DNA from: Eledone cirrhosa
Taxonomy: Eukaryota
DNA length: 64,000 bases
Reading direction: 5' to 3'
Assembly: GCA_964016885.1 (NCBI GenBank)
Contig: OZ024757.1
Span: forward strand, 35,650,001 to 35,714,000
A program made the translations under genes and the position numbers. Under the pieces are notes generated by a model, which made no database searches, had not been told where the DNA came from, and worked only from the letters and a program-made list of their open reading frames with translations. This document shows, piece by piece, positions 16,668 to 29,527 of this stretch; position 1 is the stretch's first letter; the number at the start of each line of letters is the position of its first letter.

Positions 16668-17010
16668 TACCAACACTCCACATCTATTCACCAAAATATC
16701 AAAATTCAGTTGCCTGTTATTTTCAATTTTTTTTACATATTTTTCATTTTTACATTCATTTTTTCAAAATTTTATTAAATTTTTATTAAATTTCTTTATT
16801 GTTGGTTGAGCTTGTACAATAAAAAAACTGTTTCTTGCCTCCATGGTATTTTTCTTAGTTTTTTTTATGTCAGAAAGAGAATATATCATTAAAACTGAGC
16901 ACCTTTTTGAATTTGAATGTCTAACACCCGTGGACATGCCTACAAAATCAGAAAGCAGCACAGCTCCCATGACTTTTGGAAACATTGTTTCACGTTCAGA
17001 GTTGCTGAAG

Positions 17011-18351
17011 CATGAAACAAACTACCTGCATCAGTTGTTAGCTGTTGAGACACTGCATCCTTTAAAACCTCCATGGAACAAACTACCTGCATCAATTGTT
17101 AGTTGCCGAGACACCACATCCTTTAAAACCTCCATGGAACAAACTCCCTGCATCAGTTGTTAGCTGTCGAGACACTGCATCCTTTAAAACCACCATGGAA
17201 CAAACTACTTGCATCAGTTGTTAGCTGTGGAGACACTGCATCCTTTAAAACTTCCATGGAACAAAGTACCTACATCAGTTGTTAGCTGTGGAGACACTGC
17301 ATCCTTTAAAACTTCCATGGAACAAACTACCTGCATCAGTTGTTAGCTGTCGAGACACTGCATCCTTTAAAACCTGCATGGAACAAACTATCTGCATCAG
17401 TTGTTAGCTGTCGAGACACTGCATCCTTTAAAACCTGCATGGAACAAACTACCTGCATTAGTTGTTAGATGTCGAGACACTGTATCCTTTAAAACCTCCA
17501 TGGAACAAACTACCTGCATCAGTTAGCTGTGGAGACACTGCATCCTTTAAAACCTCCATGGAACAAACTCCCTGCATCAGTTGTTATCTGTGGAGACACT
17601 GCATCCTTTAAAACCTCCACGGAACAAACTGCCTGCATCAGTTGTTAGCTGTGTAGACACTACATCCTTTAAAACCTCCATGAAACAAACTACCTGCATC
17701 AGTTGTTAGCTGTTGAGACACTGCATCCTTTAAAACCTCCATGGAACAAACGACGAGTGTGGCGATGATAATGATGATGCCAGCCACATAGGACACAGGC
17801 CTTAATAAGACACAGAGCCACCTAGGGTACAGATCTCAGTGAGATACTCGGCTACCCAGGGTAGAGACCTTAGAGAGACACAGAGTTACCTAGGGTACAG
17901 ATCTCAGAGAGACACAGTTGTTAGCTGTGGAGACACTGCATCCTTTAAAACCTCCATGGAACAAACTACCTGCATCAGTTGTTAGCTGTCGAGACACAGC
18001 ATCCTTTAAAACCTCCATGGAACAAACTACCTGCATCAGTTGTTAGATGTCGAGACACCGCATCCTTTAAAACCTCCATGGAACAAACTACCTGCTTCAG
18101 TTGTTAGCTGTCGAGACACTACATCCTTTAAAACCTCCATGGAACAAACTACCTGCATCAGTTGTTAGATGTCGAGACACCGCATCCTTTAAAACCTCCA
18201 TGGAACAAACTATCTGCATCAGTTGTTAGCTGTTGAGACACTGCATCCTTTAAAACCTCCATGGAACAAACTACCTGCGTCAATTGTTAGCTGTGGAGAC
18301 ACTATATCCTTTAAAACCTCCATGGAACAAACTACCTGCATCAGTTGTTAG
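17011..18351. repeat. 61-bp minisatellite (about 12 + 7 copies), interrupted at 17751-17915
   Basis: Unit CATGGAACAAACTACCTGCATCAGTTGTTAGCTGTCGAGACACTGCATCCTTTAAAACCTC, period 61 (17011, 17072, 17133). Confidence 0.96.
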
Positions 18352-18907
18352 GTAATATGCCCCCTCCTTACACACACACACACAGGTATATCATGACTCA
18401 TACACTGTTCACTTTCCTGACATGTGTACATTATTCTATATACCATACATGCACCTTTGATGAGTTGTAGTGCACCTTAGCACTGTACACAATAATTCAT
18501 TATTATTATTTTTTTATGACCACATTTCTAATGAAATACACTCTCTTTCAATTAATTAATGAAGAATTTTGAAGAATTTACTAAAATTATTAATTGTTTC
18601 ATTAGTAAGATAGTAACTTAACGTGGTGAACACAATCAATGTTTTCCTCTCTCTCTCTCTCACTGTCTGCGAGTCTCCCTCTCTCTCTCTCTCTCTCTCT
18701 CTACATCATCTAACTCTCTCTATTTCAGATCTGATATGTTTCAACAATTCCTTTCGTATGATCACATCCAAATATGTTCGCTACCGTTGTGAGGTAATCC
18801 AGCCCTGACGACGACTGTGGTGATGACAGCGATGATAATGATGATGACAGTGTCAATGACAGCGATGTTAATGATGATGACAGCCACATAGGACACAGGC
18901 CTTAATA

Positions 18908-19335
18908 AGACACAGAGCCACCTAGGGTACAGATCTCAGTGAGATACCCAGCTACCTAGGGTACAGACCTTAGAGAGACACAGAGCCACCTAGGGTACAG
19001 ACCTTAGAGAGACACAGAGCCACCTAGGGTACAGACCTTAGAGAGACACAGAGCCACCTAGGGTACAGACCTTAGAGAGACACAGAGCCACCTAGGGTAC
19101 AGACCTTAGAGAGACACAGAGCCACCTAGGGTACAAACCTTAGAGAGACACAGAGCCACCTAGGGTACAGACCTTAGAGAGACACAGAGCCACCGAGGGT
19201 ACAGATCTTAGAGAGATACAGAGCCACCTAGGGTACAGACCTTAGAGAGACACAGAGCCACCTAGGGTACAGACCTCAGTGAGACACAGAGACACCTAGG
19301 GTAGAGAGAGACAGACAACCAGCTAGGGTACAGAC
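18908..19335. repeat. 34-bp minisatellite, about 12 copies
   Basis: Unit GACACAGAGCCACCTAGGGTACAGACCTTAGAGA, period 34 (18961 to 18995). Confidence 0.96.
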
Positions 19336-19716
19336 ATCAGATAGGTACATTACTGAACCTTAAAGTATCACAGTTTTATACAGGGCTGGTGCTACCATTA
19401 GGGCCAACTAGGGTACATTACAGAACCTAAAGGACATACTTAGTTCCTCTATAACAATATAATATACACATTAGCTAGTCTGGTATTATGAAGGCCCTGA
19501 ACAAGGATATTAAAAGCTACACTTAATACACAGTGGTGTTAGGAAGGCCCAGAACAAGGATATAAAATGCTACACTCGGTACACAGTGATGTTGCAGGCA
19601 GGTATGACCCCATAACTCATTATAAAACCTGGCAGAGTACATCTCCTCTCCAGGTCTGAATAAAAGAGAGAGTGAGAAAGAGATATAGAGTAAGAGAGAA
19701 CCCCTAGTATTTGATT

Positions 19717-21135
19717 GGTACTTTATTATCAACCCCGAATGTAAGAAAAGTAAAGTTGAACTGAGAATAAAGAACTGGAAAAAATACTACAAAGTATTCT
19801 ATCTGATGTTCTAACAAATTACCTTATGTATATGTATTTATCTCTAGAGATAAGAAAAAAAACTGAATAAGTTTAATATGAACTCTTTCGAGTATCTCCT
19901 GACTACGATTGAACCCCAGACCAGAAGCTCCACTTGCTCTGGTATCTCCCACCAGCCCACCATGAAGGCTATAAGAATCTACTGAAATTTAATACTTATA
20001 AATCTACTTTCAAAATCGAAATAAAAATGATGTGGTGTTGTTTATACCTTTCTCAATGTATTTGGTTTAAAAGGTAGTTAAACCTAAAATTTCAATATTC
20101 AAATAATTATTGAATAGATACTCGCTGTTCTCAACAGGTCCCGGAGATGGCAAGCGCCCCGACGGAATCACTCTCTTCCCATTCGAAGGAGGTAGGTCCC
20201 TCATGTGGGACACCACCAGCAACGACACAATCTCCGCTTCCAAGTCGTTTCGGCCACAAACCCCAGCAACGCCGCCCGCTTCTCAGAAGAACGTAAAATA
20301 AACAAATACCGAGGATTGTCCGGCCGCTTCCTCTCTGCACCAGTCAATGTCGAGACCTCAGAGGTACTTGGACCCCGTACTGCCGAACTCCTCCGCAGGA
20401 TCAAAGCGTCGGCGGCCCGTCTGAGGAAGGAATCCCGCCAGGTTGAGTGGTTGTTACATTGGGTATAACTGGCATCGTCCGTGAGAATACTTTTGCCATC
20501 TTGTCTGTGGGGCGCAGCATTTCTGCCCTAGGCCCAAAGCTCAACCACCCTCCCCTATTTTCTGCGACACCGGAGTTCTTGCCATCCCCTCTCCTATTCG
20601 TTGTTTCTTCTTTCTTTCTCTCTTCGATTTAATCGACTTTACCCTCCCCCAAATTACTGTCCTTCCACCTTTACTAGAAATCATCATTATTATTGTTATT
20701 GTTACTGTAAATAATATCATGTTTATACAGTTTTGATAATAAATAAATTGTTCATTACAAACTTGTTTATATAATTATTAATTCGCAAAACACACACACA
20801 TACATATACATACACATACATATATATGAAAATATTCAGCACCCCGACGGCTGAGCTCCGGCCGTTTAAACAGCTATATATAAATATATCTTTTAATCTT
20901 AGGTTCAGCGCAGAAAACACTCTCCAACGATCATGATCAGCTTATCGTGCCCAGTGGAAGCATTTTAGTTTAATTATAACCTCAACGATCACGATTAGCG
21001 GCGGCTTTTTCGAGTCTGTGCCAAGTGAGGTTGACTGCCATATATATATACATGCTCGAACCCTAGAGAAGAACAGAAAAATGCTGAATTCAGAGTTTAG
21101 TAAACAACAGAGAGAAGGACATAAATAAATAAATA
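19717..21135 (+). repeat. Diverged direct duplicate of ~8110-8830, with a degenerate SINE at 19717-19825 and a CRE insertion
   Basis: Collinear blocks, e.g. AAATATTCAG.ACCCC.ACGGCTG (8519 and 20830) and GATTAGCGGCGGCTTTTTCGAGTCTG (8671 and 20993). Confidence 0.85.
20135..20760 (+). mobile_element. 5'-truncated CRE-like non-LTR retrotransposon (RLE domain and 3' UTR)
   Basis: GDGKRPDGITLFPFEGGRSLMWDTT, frameshift, then AARFSEERKINKYRGLSGRFLSAPVNVETSEVLGPRTAELLRRI. Absent from the paralogous site at ~8480. Confidence 0.82.
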
Positions 21136-21140
21136 TATTT

Positions 21141-22919
21141 AAACATTTAAAATATGTTTATGTCCCCCTTTAATATAAAAACAAACAGAGTCTTGTAAAA
21201 GTGTTATTACTGTAATATAAAGTAGAAATCCTTTAATTAAACAAAGCTACGATGCAGCGATGATAAAAACAAACTGCAAACAAACTTCTCGTAGGTGCTG
21301 CCAGATACACGATAACATGTGTAGACGAAGTGTAACTGGGTCGTATTTTTCAAATTGACCCCTATTATATGCAAATTATCCCCTGTGGGGCGTGCACCCC
21401 ACGTTGAGAATCCCTCATAAATAAATATATGTGAGTGTGTTGCTATGACTGCTATTTCTAGCAGGTTTACTGCAGTCCTGTAGACGCACAACAAAAACCG
21501 GAAGTGGCAGCCATTAAAAAACTTTGGCTTAAAATCAGCCAAAAGATTTTCAATAATAGTAAAATTTTATTTTTGACAAGGACGATAACTTTTGTCTTAC
21601 TTAATCGCAAAAATCGAGGCAAAAATTTTGAGGGTGTGCAGTTTACACGCTAAAAATAAACCTGCTAGAAATAGCAGTCATAGCAACTCACTTACATATA
21701 TTTATATATCATATATATATATATATGATATATATATGGACACTTTAGAAATAGCAGCGAATAACAGAAAGGACACACACACACACACATATATATACAC
21801 ACACACACATATATATATATGCCCCAGCACACACACATATATATATATGCCCCAGCATACACACACACACATATATATACATATATATATATATGCCCCA
21901 GCATGGTCTTGGACGATCGTCTAACTAAGGCCAATAATAAAATACTTCAAAATAAATTAAACACCCCTAAATCCGGGGTTACAACTTGGATTACTTAAAA
22001 GTCAGTAAAGCTGTAAAGATTCTATATTGTAAATAGGTGGTCGCATGTTCGAATCCGGGCAAATCCCGAGAAAAATAACGAAAAGAAGGACAATGTAAAA
22101 ATAGCAGCCATAGACGAGGGGAGGACACACACACAAACACACACACTCACACACACATATACACACACATGTGTATATATATATATGTGTGTCTGTGTAT
22201 GTGTTTGGCTGCTATATATATATATAGCGGTCAACACACACACACGTACATATATAAGTGTGTGTGTTTGGCTGATATATATATATATATATATATGATA
22301 TATAAATATATGTGAGTTGCTATGACTGCTATTTCTAGCAGGTTTATTTTAGCGTGTAAACTGCACACCCGCAAAATTTTTGCCTCGATTTTTGCGATTA
22401 AGTAAGACAAAAGTTATCGTCCTTGTCAAAAATAAAATTTTACTATTATTGAAAATCTTTTGGCTGATTTTAAGCCAAAGTTTTTTAATGGCTGCCACTT
22501 CCGGTTTTTGTTGTGCGTCTACAGGAGAGCCAGAAACCTACTAGAAATAGCAGTCATAACAACACACTTATGTATATTTATATATCAGGGATTCTCAACG
22601 AAGGGTACACGCCCCACAGGGGGCAATTTGAATTTAATAGGGGCCAATTAGAAAGTGATATAATACGACCAAACTTCCAGTTACACTTTGTTCACATGTT
22701 ATCGTGTATCTGGCAGCAGCTACGAGAAGTTTGTTTATATTTTGAAGTTTGTTTTGATCATCGCGGCATCGTAGCTTTGTTTAATTAAAGCATTTCTACT
22801 TTATATTACAGTAGTAACACTTTTACAAGACTCGGTTTATTTCTATATTAAAGGGGAACATAAACCTAATTTTTAAATGTTGAGGTGGGGCATGGAGCAA
22901 AAAAGGTTTGGAACTACTG
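21141..22919. mobile_element. Foldback-like element 2 (arms ~21141-21780 and ~22300-22919)
   Basis: The arms are reverse complements of each other. The right end GAGGTGGGGCATGGAGCAAAAAAGGTTTGGAACTACTG mirrors 8833-8870. Confidence 0.8.
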
Positions 22920-22944
22920 AAGACAACGAATCATCGTTTTTATT

Positions 22945-23980
22945 AATGTAAACAAACTTCTCGCAGGTGCTGCCAGATACACGATAACATGTCTATACGA
23001 AGTGTAACAGGGAGTTGGGTCGTATTATATGACTTTCAAATTGACCCCTATTATATTCAAATTATCCCCTGTGGGGCGTGCACCCCACGTTGAGAATCCC
23101 TCATAAATAAATATATGTGAGTGTGTTGCTATGACTGCTATTTCTAGCAGGTTTACTGCAGTCCTGTAGACGCACAACAAAAACCGGAAGTGGCAGCCAT
23201 TAAAAAACTTTGGCTTAAAATCAGGCAAAAGTTTTTTTTAACAATTTGCCAAGAAAGATAACTCTTGTCTTACTTAATCGCAAAAATCGAGGCAAAAATT
23301 TTGCGGGTGTGCAGTTTGTTTGGTGTATTTCACTGCTATTTCTAGCATATATGGACACTTTAGAAATAGCAGCGAAACACGGGAAACATAAGAAAGAAGG
23401 TCACACACGTATATATATATATATAATTATGTATCTGTATATATATATATATATACATATATACATATATATATGCACAGATATATACATTTAAATATAT
23501 ATATTTATATATATATACACGCGCGCACACACCCCTATACGTAGATATGGGTGTGTGTATAGCTGGTATATATATATATATGTATGGGTGAGTGTATAGC
23601 TGGTATATATATATATATATATATAGGTGTGTGTCCTTCTTTCTGCTGTTTTCCGTTTTTCGCTGCTATTTCTAAAGTGTCCATACATGCTAGAAATAGC
23701 AGTCAAATACACCAAACAAACTGCACACCCGCAAAATTTTTGCCTCGATTTTTGCGATTAAGTAAGACAAGAGTTATCTTTCTTGGCAAATTGTTAAAAA
23801 ACTTTTGCCTGATTTTAAGCCAAAGTTTTTTAATGGCTGCCACTTCCGGTTTTTGTTGTGCGTCTACAGTACTGCAGTAAACCTGCTAGAAATAGCAGTC
23901 ATAGAAACACACTCACATATATTTATTTATGAGGGATTCTCAACGTGGGGTGCACGCCCCACAGGGGATAATTTGAATAT
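22945..23980. mobile_element. Foldback-like element 3 (arms ~22945-23410 and ~23625-23980), outer ends truncated
   Basis: Near-perfect inverted arms around a TA/CA-rich spacer, same family as 8833-10579. Confidence 0.8.
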
Positions 23981-25196
23981 CCCCCTCTTTATATCAATTA
24001 GCACTAACTCTCTCCCTCTCTATATCTACTACACGGCACTCTCTTCCAATACCCCTCTCTATATGAAGTGACACCAAACTCTCCCCCTCTCTATATATTA
24101 AGCACTAAGTCAGGAATTTTTTTCTTCTTTCGTGCAGAGAGAGTAAAGTTGATTAAATCTACTGCAGTGAATTACTGGTATTTTATTTAATAAAAATTAA
24201 AATTTACTATTTGTCTTCGTTTAATTTTCGTTTTTCTTTACATAGTTTCGTTTCGTTAAATGTCTCCAGAATTTGTTTTTACTTTTACCGGATATTGAAG
24301 GTGTAAACTTGGTGTTGTCTAGAAACGTGTTAGAAATATTTTTCTTTTAATTGTGAAGAATTTAACCGCAAAGTAAGTTTTTTTTACTGTTTATTTGTGG
24401 CTGGGACAACGTATGGTATGTGTTAATGTAAATGGTGAAGGTTTAAAGATTCTTTTTACAACTGAAAATCAGTTTGTTGTTGCTGCTAATTACTTAACGC
24501 ATGGAATAGATTTAAAAAATACACGATTGTTTCTCGGAAGAGAGGAAGAAGAAACAAATCACAGAAGCGGGTAGCACACACATTTGGGACCACATACAAC
24601 ACAAAAACAGGTAATCCACACATCTGGGACCACATACAACACACCAGCAGGTAATACATACATCTAGGACCACATAAGCAGGTAATACACACATCTAGGA
24701 CCACATACAACACACAAGCAGGTAATACACACATCTAGGACGACATACAACCAAAGGCAGGCGAAAGGGGTGGACAAACGAGCTGCTACTAGATCAAAAG
24801 ATAACAGTATCGCGAGGAGCACTGGGAAACCTCTCTAATGATTTTTTAGGCAAGCCAGCACGTCTGCAGCGTTACCTCGGGCGATGGCGAGGCTGAGGAG
24901 CTGGAACAACCAAGTGCCCTCACGAGCTTCACCAGTCACCTTCGTCAGGCTAGCCGCCAGTGAAGATAGGAATCTCGCAGTCAGTATCCTGACTCCCCCA
25001 AACGCCACAGGCTGGAAAATGTAGTTGGCCGACAGATCACATTATTACTTAACAGTGATAGATATTCTGTCTAAAGGAGGGGCGTACAACAGGCGGCCCG
25101 CGGGCCACAATCGAGCCCACCTGACCAGTCAGAGTGGCCCGCAATGACTCTTGTAGGCTTATTTAGAATTTTTTCCATACCCGTAATACTTCTGTT
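23978..25196 (+). repeat. Close direct duplicate of 12054-13375, including the 40-bp minisatellite (24568-24752), CRE fragment (24848-25051, minus) and hAT left end (from 25077)
   Basis: Nearly base-for-base collinear from ATCCCCCTCTTTATATCAATTAGCAC to CGTAATACTTCTGTT. Confidence 0.95.
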
Positions 25197-26430
25197 AGTT
25201 GACCTATACTAAAGGACTTCACTGATAGGGTTATATGTGTTATAGTTTCCCAGTTGACCTATACTAAAGGACTTCACTGATAGGGTTATATGTGTTATAG
25301 TTTCCCAGTTGACCTATACTAAAGGACTTCACTGATAGGGTTATATGTGTTATAATTTCCCAGTTGACCTATACTAAAGGACTTCACTGATAGGGTTATA
25401 TGTGTTATAGTTTCCCAGTTGACCTATACTAAAGGACTTCACTGATAGGGTTATATGTGTTATAGTTTCCCAGTTGACCTATACTAAAGAGCTTCACTGA
25501 TAGAGTTATATGTGTTATAGTTTCCCAGAGGGCTTCACTGATAGGGTTATATGTGTTATAGTTTCCCAGTTGACCTATACTAAAGGACTTCACTGATAGG
25601 GTTATATGTGTTATAGTTTCCCAGTTGACCTATACTAAAGGACTTCACTGATAGGGTTATATGTGTTATAGTTTCCCAGTTGACCTATACTAAAGGACTT
25701 CACTGATAGGGTTATATGTGTTATAATTTCCCAGTTGACCTATACTAAAGGACTTCACTGATAGGGTTATATGTGTTATAGTTTCCCAGTTGACCTATAC
25801 TAAAGGACTTCACTGATAGGGTTATATGTGTTATAGTTTCCCAGTTGACCTATACTAAAGAGCTTCACTGATAGAGTTATATGTGTTATAGTTTCCCAGA
25901 GGGCTTCACTGATAGGGTTATATGTGTTATAGTTTCCCAGTTGACCTATACTAAAGGACTTCACTGATAGGGTTATATGTGTTATAGTTTCCCAGTTGAC
26001 CTATACTAAAGGACTTCACTGATAGGGTTATATGTGTTATAGTTTCCCAGTTGACCTATACTAAAGGACTTCACTGATAGGGTTATATGTGTTATAGTTT
26101 CCCAGTTGACCTATACTAAAGGACTTCACTGATAGGGTTATATGTGTTATAGTTTCCCAGTTGACCTATACTAAAGGACTTCACTGATAGGGTTATATGT
26201 GTTATAGTTTCCCAGTTGACCTATACTAAAGGACTTCACTGATAGGGTTATATGTGTTATAGTTTCCCAGTTGACCTATACTAAAGGACTTCACTGATAG
26301 GGTTATATGTGTTATAGTTTCCCAGTTGACCTATACTAAAGGACTTCACTGATAGGGTTATATGTGTTATAGTTTCCCAGTTGACCTATACTAAAGGGCT
26401 TCACTGATAGAGTTATATGTGTTATAGTTT
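25197..26430. repeat. Second 55-bp satellite array, about 23 units including two 41-bp deletion units
   Basis: Same unit as 13376-16667. Confidence 0.97.
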
Positions 26431-27002
26431 GAAACAAACTACCCGCATCAGTTATTATACTTTTATAACACCGCTATATTACCTACATGAAAGAGGTAAA
26501 TATTTATTTCTCTTGTCTTCTTAAATGTATAGAACATTTTTCTTATATATATTCTTAACATAGCTAGGACCGTTTATTATTTACTAGTCTCTACTCCTAG
26601 GACTTTGCTGGTCTCATGTCCCCTCCATCAACACACACTCGGTAGAAAGCTAGTCGTCAGAGGTAAAGTGGCCCTGATTACAGGTCTAGTATTGAAGCCT
26701 TTCGGCTTGAGCCTTGCTGATGCCGACAGAGTTCCTGTGGTAGTTTTGGTAGCGCAGGTGACATTTTATTGTGTTTAGGTACCGGCTAGTGCGGACACAG
26801 AGAGCACAACCAGGTGGTGAGCTGGCAACGACCAAGTGTAGAGGGCCAGCTTTGAAATTCGAGCGACGGAGTGAACTAGTAAAAGAGGCAGGGTAAGCAG
26901 CATTGGTTCTAACGGTGGGACTAGAACGGAGGTTGGGTGGTGCTGGGGGTGGGCTAACAGCTAACAGTTGTAGGAGTGGTGGGGCTTTGCTAGGATTAAT
27001 TT

Positions 27003-29527
27003 TTACATCTGTCTGTGAACTCTTGAAAAAGCAACATACAATTGTCCAGGGTTAAATACTTGCTCAGGGAGGAACAGACCCACTTTATCATGTATTTGAC
27101 CATGGTTCTTGTTGATTGTCATGGCATATGACAGTCTTAATGGAAACTGGGGTCTTTCCAAAGTAAAAAGGATGTTGGCACCACTGGGGGCTAACTTCAG
27201 TCTTGGGATCAAAACACACCTGCCCATCAAAGGACCATAGATATGAGAAGCTTTGATAAAATGTTTATGCAGTTCTACTACTTCTAATCTTGTGCCATTA
27301 CATAATCTGTTCTGGATTGAAATATTCCATAGAAGCATTATTATTGATCCTGCTTTTAATTGGAGTTTGTGAGGCGGCATCCCAGAAGGTGTAAGCAAGT
27401 TCATTTAGCTTGAACCAGGCAGCAAGGGTCCCTGCATTTCTACCACAACCTGAGCATTGCCTCTTTGAAAGTAAACTCTGTTTGTTCTCCAGGTGTGTGG
27501 CTAGGCTGTATACTGTATGTGATGTACCATGAAGCTTAAATTCGGAGAGACACGACACTGCTTCTGGCTGAGACACATACCTGCAACAAAGATAGGTTCT
27601 TATTTCATCATGGTTGTGTTGGTTCTGAGCCTCATTAGGTAATGCATTATTCGTTACTTCTATAGATGTACAATCATGCCCCATGTAACATATTTAAAGA
27701 GGTACTTGACACTTTTTACAGAAGCGCAAACTTCAACATTAATATGTGCACAATATTTCTTAAGCAAAAAGGCATTAAATGGCACAACATTCCTGTTATC
27801 TACTGAATGTCATCCAATTTACACTGCAGTTCCTGTCTTGCACCTCCTGTACTCTGGGTATCCATTTAGGTTCAATAATGTTTCCCTTCTGTAGGTTTTT
27901 GGATAGTTCTTTTGGAAAAATCCATTTTGTATAAATGGGGGAAAAGGGTTTCCAGAACCACATGGCCCATGGATCATAAACTTTTAAACCTGCTCATGTA
28001 GTACTTGATCATCTTCCAATGCAGGTATTTCTGCTGACACGATTCTGTCAATGTCTTCTCTGTTTCTTATCTTGTCTTCATTTCTTAAGGCTCAGTGTTA
28101 TCATCTGTTTAGATAATTCATTAAACCATTATACTCATCCACTCACAATTGGGCTTGATTGTTCCTCAAATATTGAAGCCTGCATCCCTCTACTTTCATA
28201 TAGGCTTCCACTAAATACTGCTAAAATAATTTACCTGCCCTATATATCGCACTAAATCCTCCTCTATATGCTATACTGTATATGTAATACTCCTGCATTG
28301 TCAGTCTATTGCAAACACAGGTCCTGCATTCCTCTCCATGTCACTATGCCACCAAAATTCACCATTATGGGTCGGTCATGAGGTCCAAGTGGCATGAATT
28401 ATGTGATATTTTCTGAGGAGGATGGTCTTTAGGAAAGATGATAATATCTCTTTGTACAGGTGGTCTGCCCTCAATCCCCCACAAAACAACAGCTATCATT
28501 ACTAGTTGGTAAATTATAGCAGCTCATATCTGATCCTCTTCTAAATCTTAATTCACAGTTCTGTACACGACAATTTTCTCTTCTTGCACTTTGCTGTTTG
28601 ATGCCATTCATTGTATTGTACAATTCGACATATGGATTACATTCATGCAACACCTCTCTTATCATAGCCATTTTTTGTGGTGAGCACTCATTATTTGTTG
28701 GTACTAGGGCGGTGGATTGGCAGTATCGGTAGAGCGTCAGACACCATGCTTTGCAGCATAGGGTTATGGCCCTTTACGTTCTGGGTTCAAATCCCTCCAA
28801 GGTTGACTTTGTTTTCATCCTTATGAGGTCGATAGAATAAAGTACCAGTAATTGCTGGCCTTGTGCCGGAAACAATTATTTGGTCGTACTTCCAATCTGT
28901 GCTACACACCTTCGTTCCCATCAATAATATATAACTGGCCATATTGTGGTGTATTTTCTGCAGGTTACAGAGGTGGGGGTGTAGTGATATGTTTGACCCT
29001 GAATATGAAAGCTATACGGGCCTCTGCCGGGTGGTAACACCAAATGAAGTGAAATAAATGTAGTTTTAATTGCAGATGTTTCTGTGAAATCAACTGCTTC
29101 CTGGCCTCTTTCAAAGAGATTTCTCAGTCTCTCGGGGTATATTTGCAATGGTGGCAACACTACCTTTCCTTTATTACAACAGTTACAATTTTCATTTCTA
29201 AATTTCAAAGCTCCACAGTGATCACACGAAACATTCATATCACTAATATGAAATTCTTCTACATTTCCATTAATATTAATTGTTGGCCAATTTCTCTTAC
29301 GACGCTCATTATCCATTCTTCTCTGTCTGAATGTTTTCCATTCTAAGTCTATTTGCATGGAATAATTATATTCTGTTGTTTATTATGTAATTAAATAGCT
29401 CTGTACAATACATAGAGCATTCTTCTTTTCTTTACCTTTTCTATGGAAATACAAGAACAAACATATATATATATATATGTATATATGTGTGTATATACAT
29501 AAACAAGACTGTTATTACTCCAACCAG
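27003..29527 (-). mobile_element. Internally deleted, non-autonomous Helitron (RepHel pseudogene), copy 2
   Basis: Motifs in order on the minus strand: CDHCGALKF..CCNKGKV; GPYSFHIQGQTYH; LHECNPY; KLF*QYLVEAYMKVEGCRLQYLRNNQ; EDIDRIVSAEIP; MIHGPCG; HINVEVCASVKSVKYLFKYV.GHD (Rep tyrosine motif, ~27675-27746); DEIRTY..RYVS.PEA; then the PIF1-type C-terminus PSGMPPHKLQLK..LCNGTRL..QFPLRLSYAMTINK..GQLYVAFSRV. Confidence 0.95.
28706..28874 (+). mobile_element. tRNA-derived SINE nested in Helitron copy 2, with a 16-bp TSD
   Basis: A and B boxes as at 6078. Flanked by ATTATTTGTTGGTACT (28690-28705) and ATTATTTGGTCGTACT (28875-28890). Confidence 0.9.

Noticed and set aside
16843-17163. 106-aa ORF
   Set aside because: It runs into the 61-bp minisatellite, whose period is not a multiple of 3, and no homology is recognised.
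13376-26430. CRISPR-like appearance of the 55-, 61- and 34-bp arrays (and of the 46-mer further on)
   Set aside because: They are head-to-tail repeats with no unique spacers, there are no cas genes, and the context is eukaryotic.
26560-26620. Helitron 3' terminus at ACTAGT (~26583)
   Set aside because: No GC-rich subterminal hairpin is visible at the expected distance on the minus strand.
27003-27404. Host PIF1 helicase gene
   Set aside because: Only C-terminal motifs are present, degraded (NKNHGQ, LLWN), intronless and collinear with Helitron Rep motifs.
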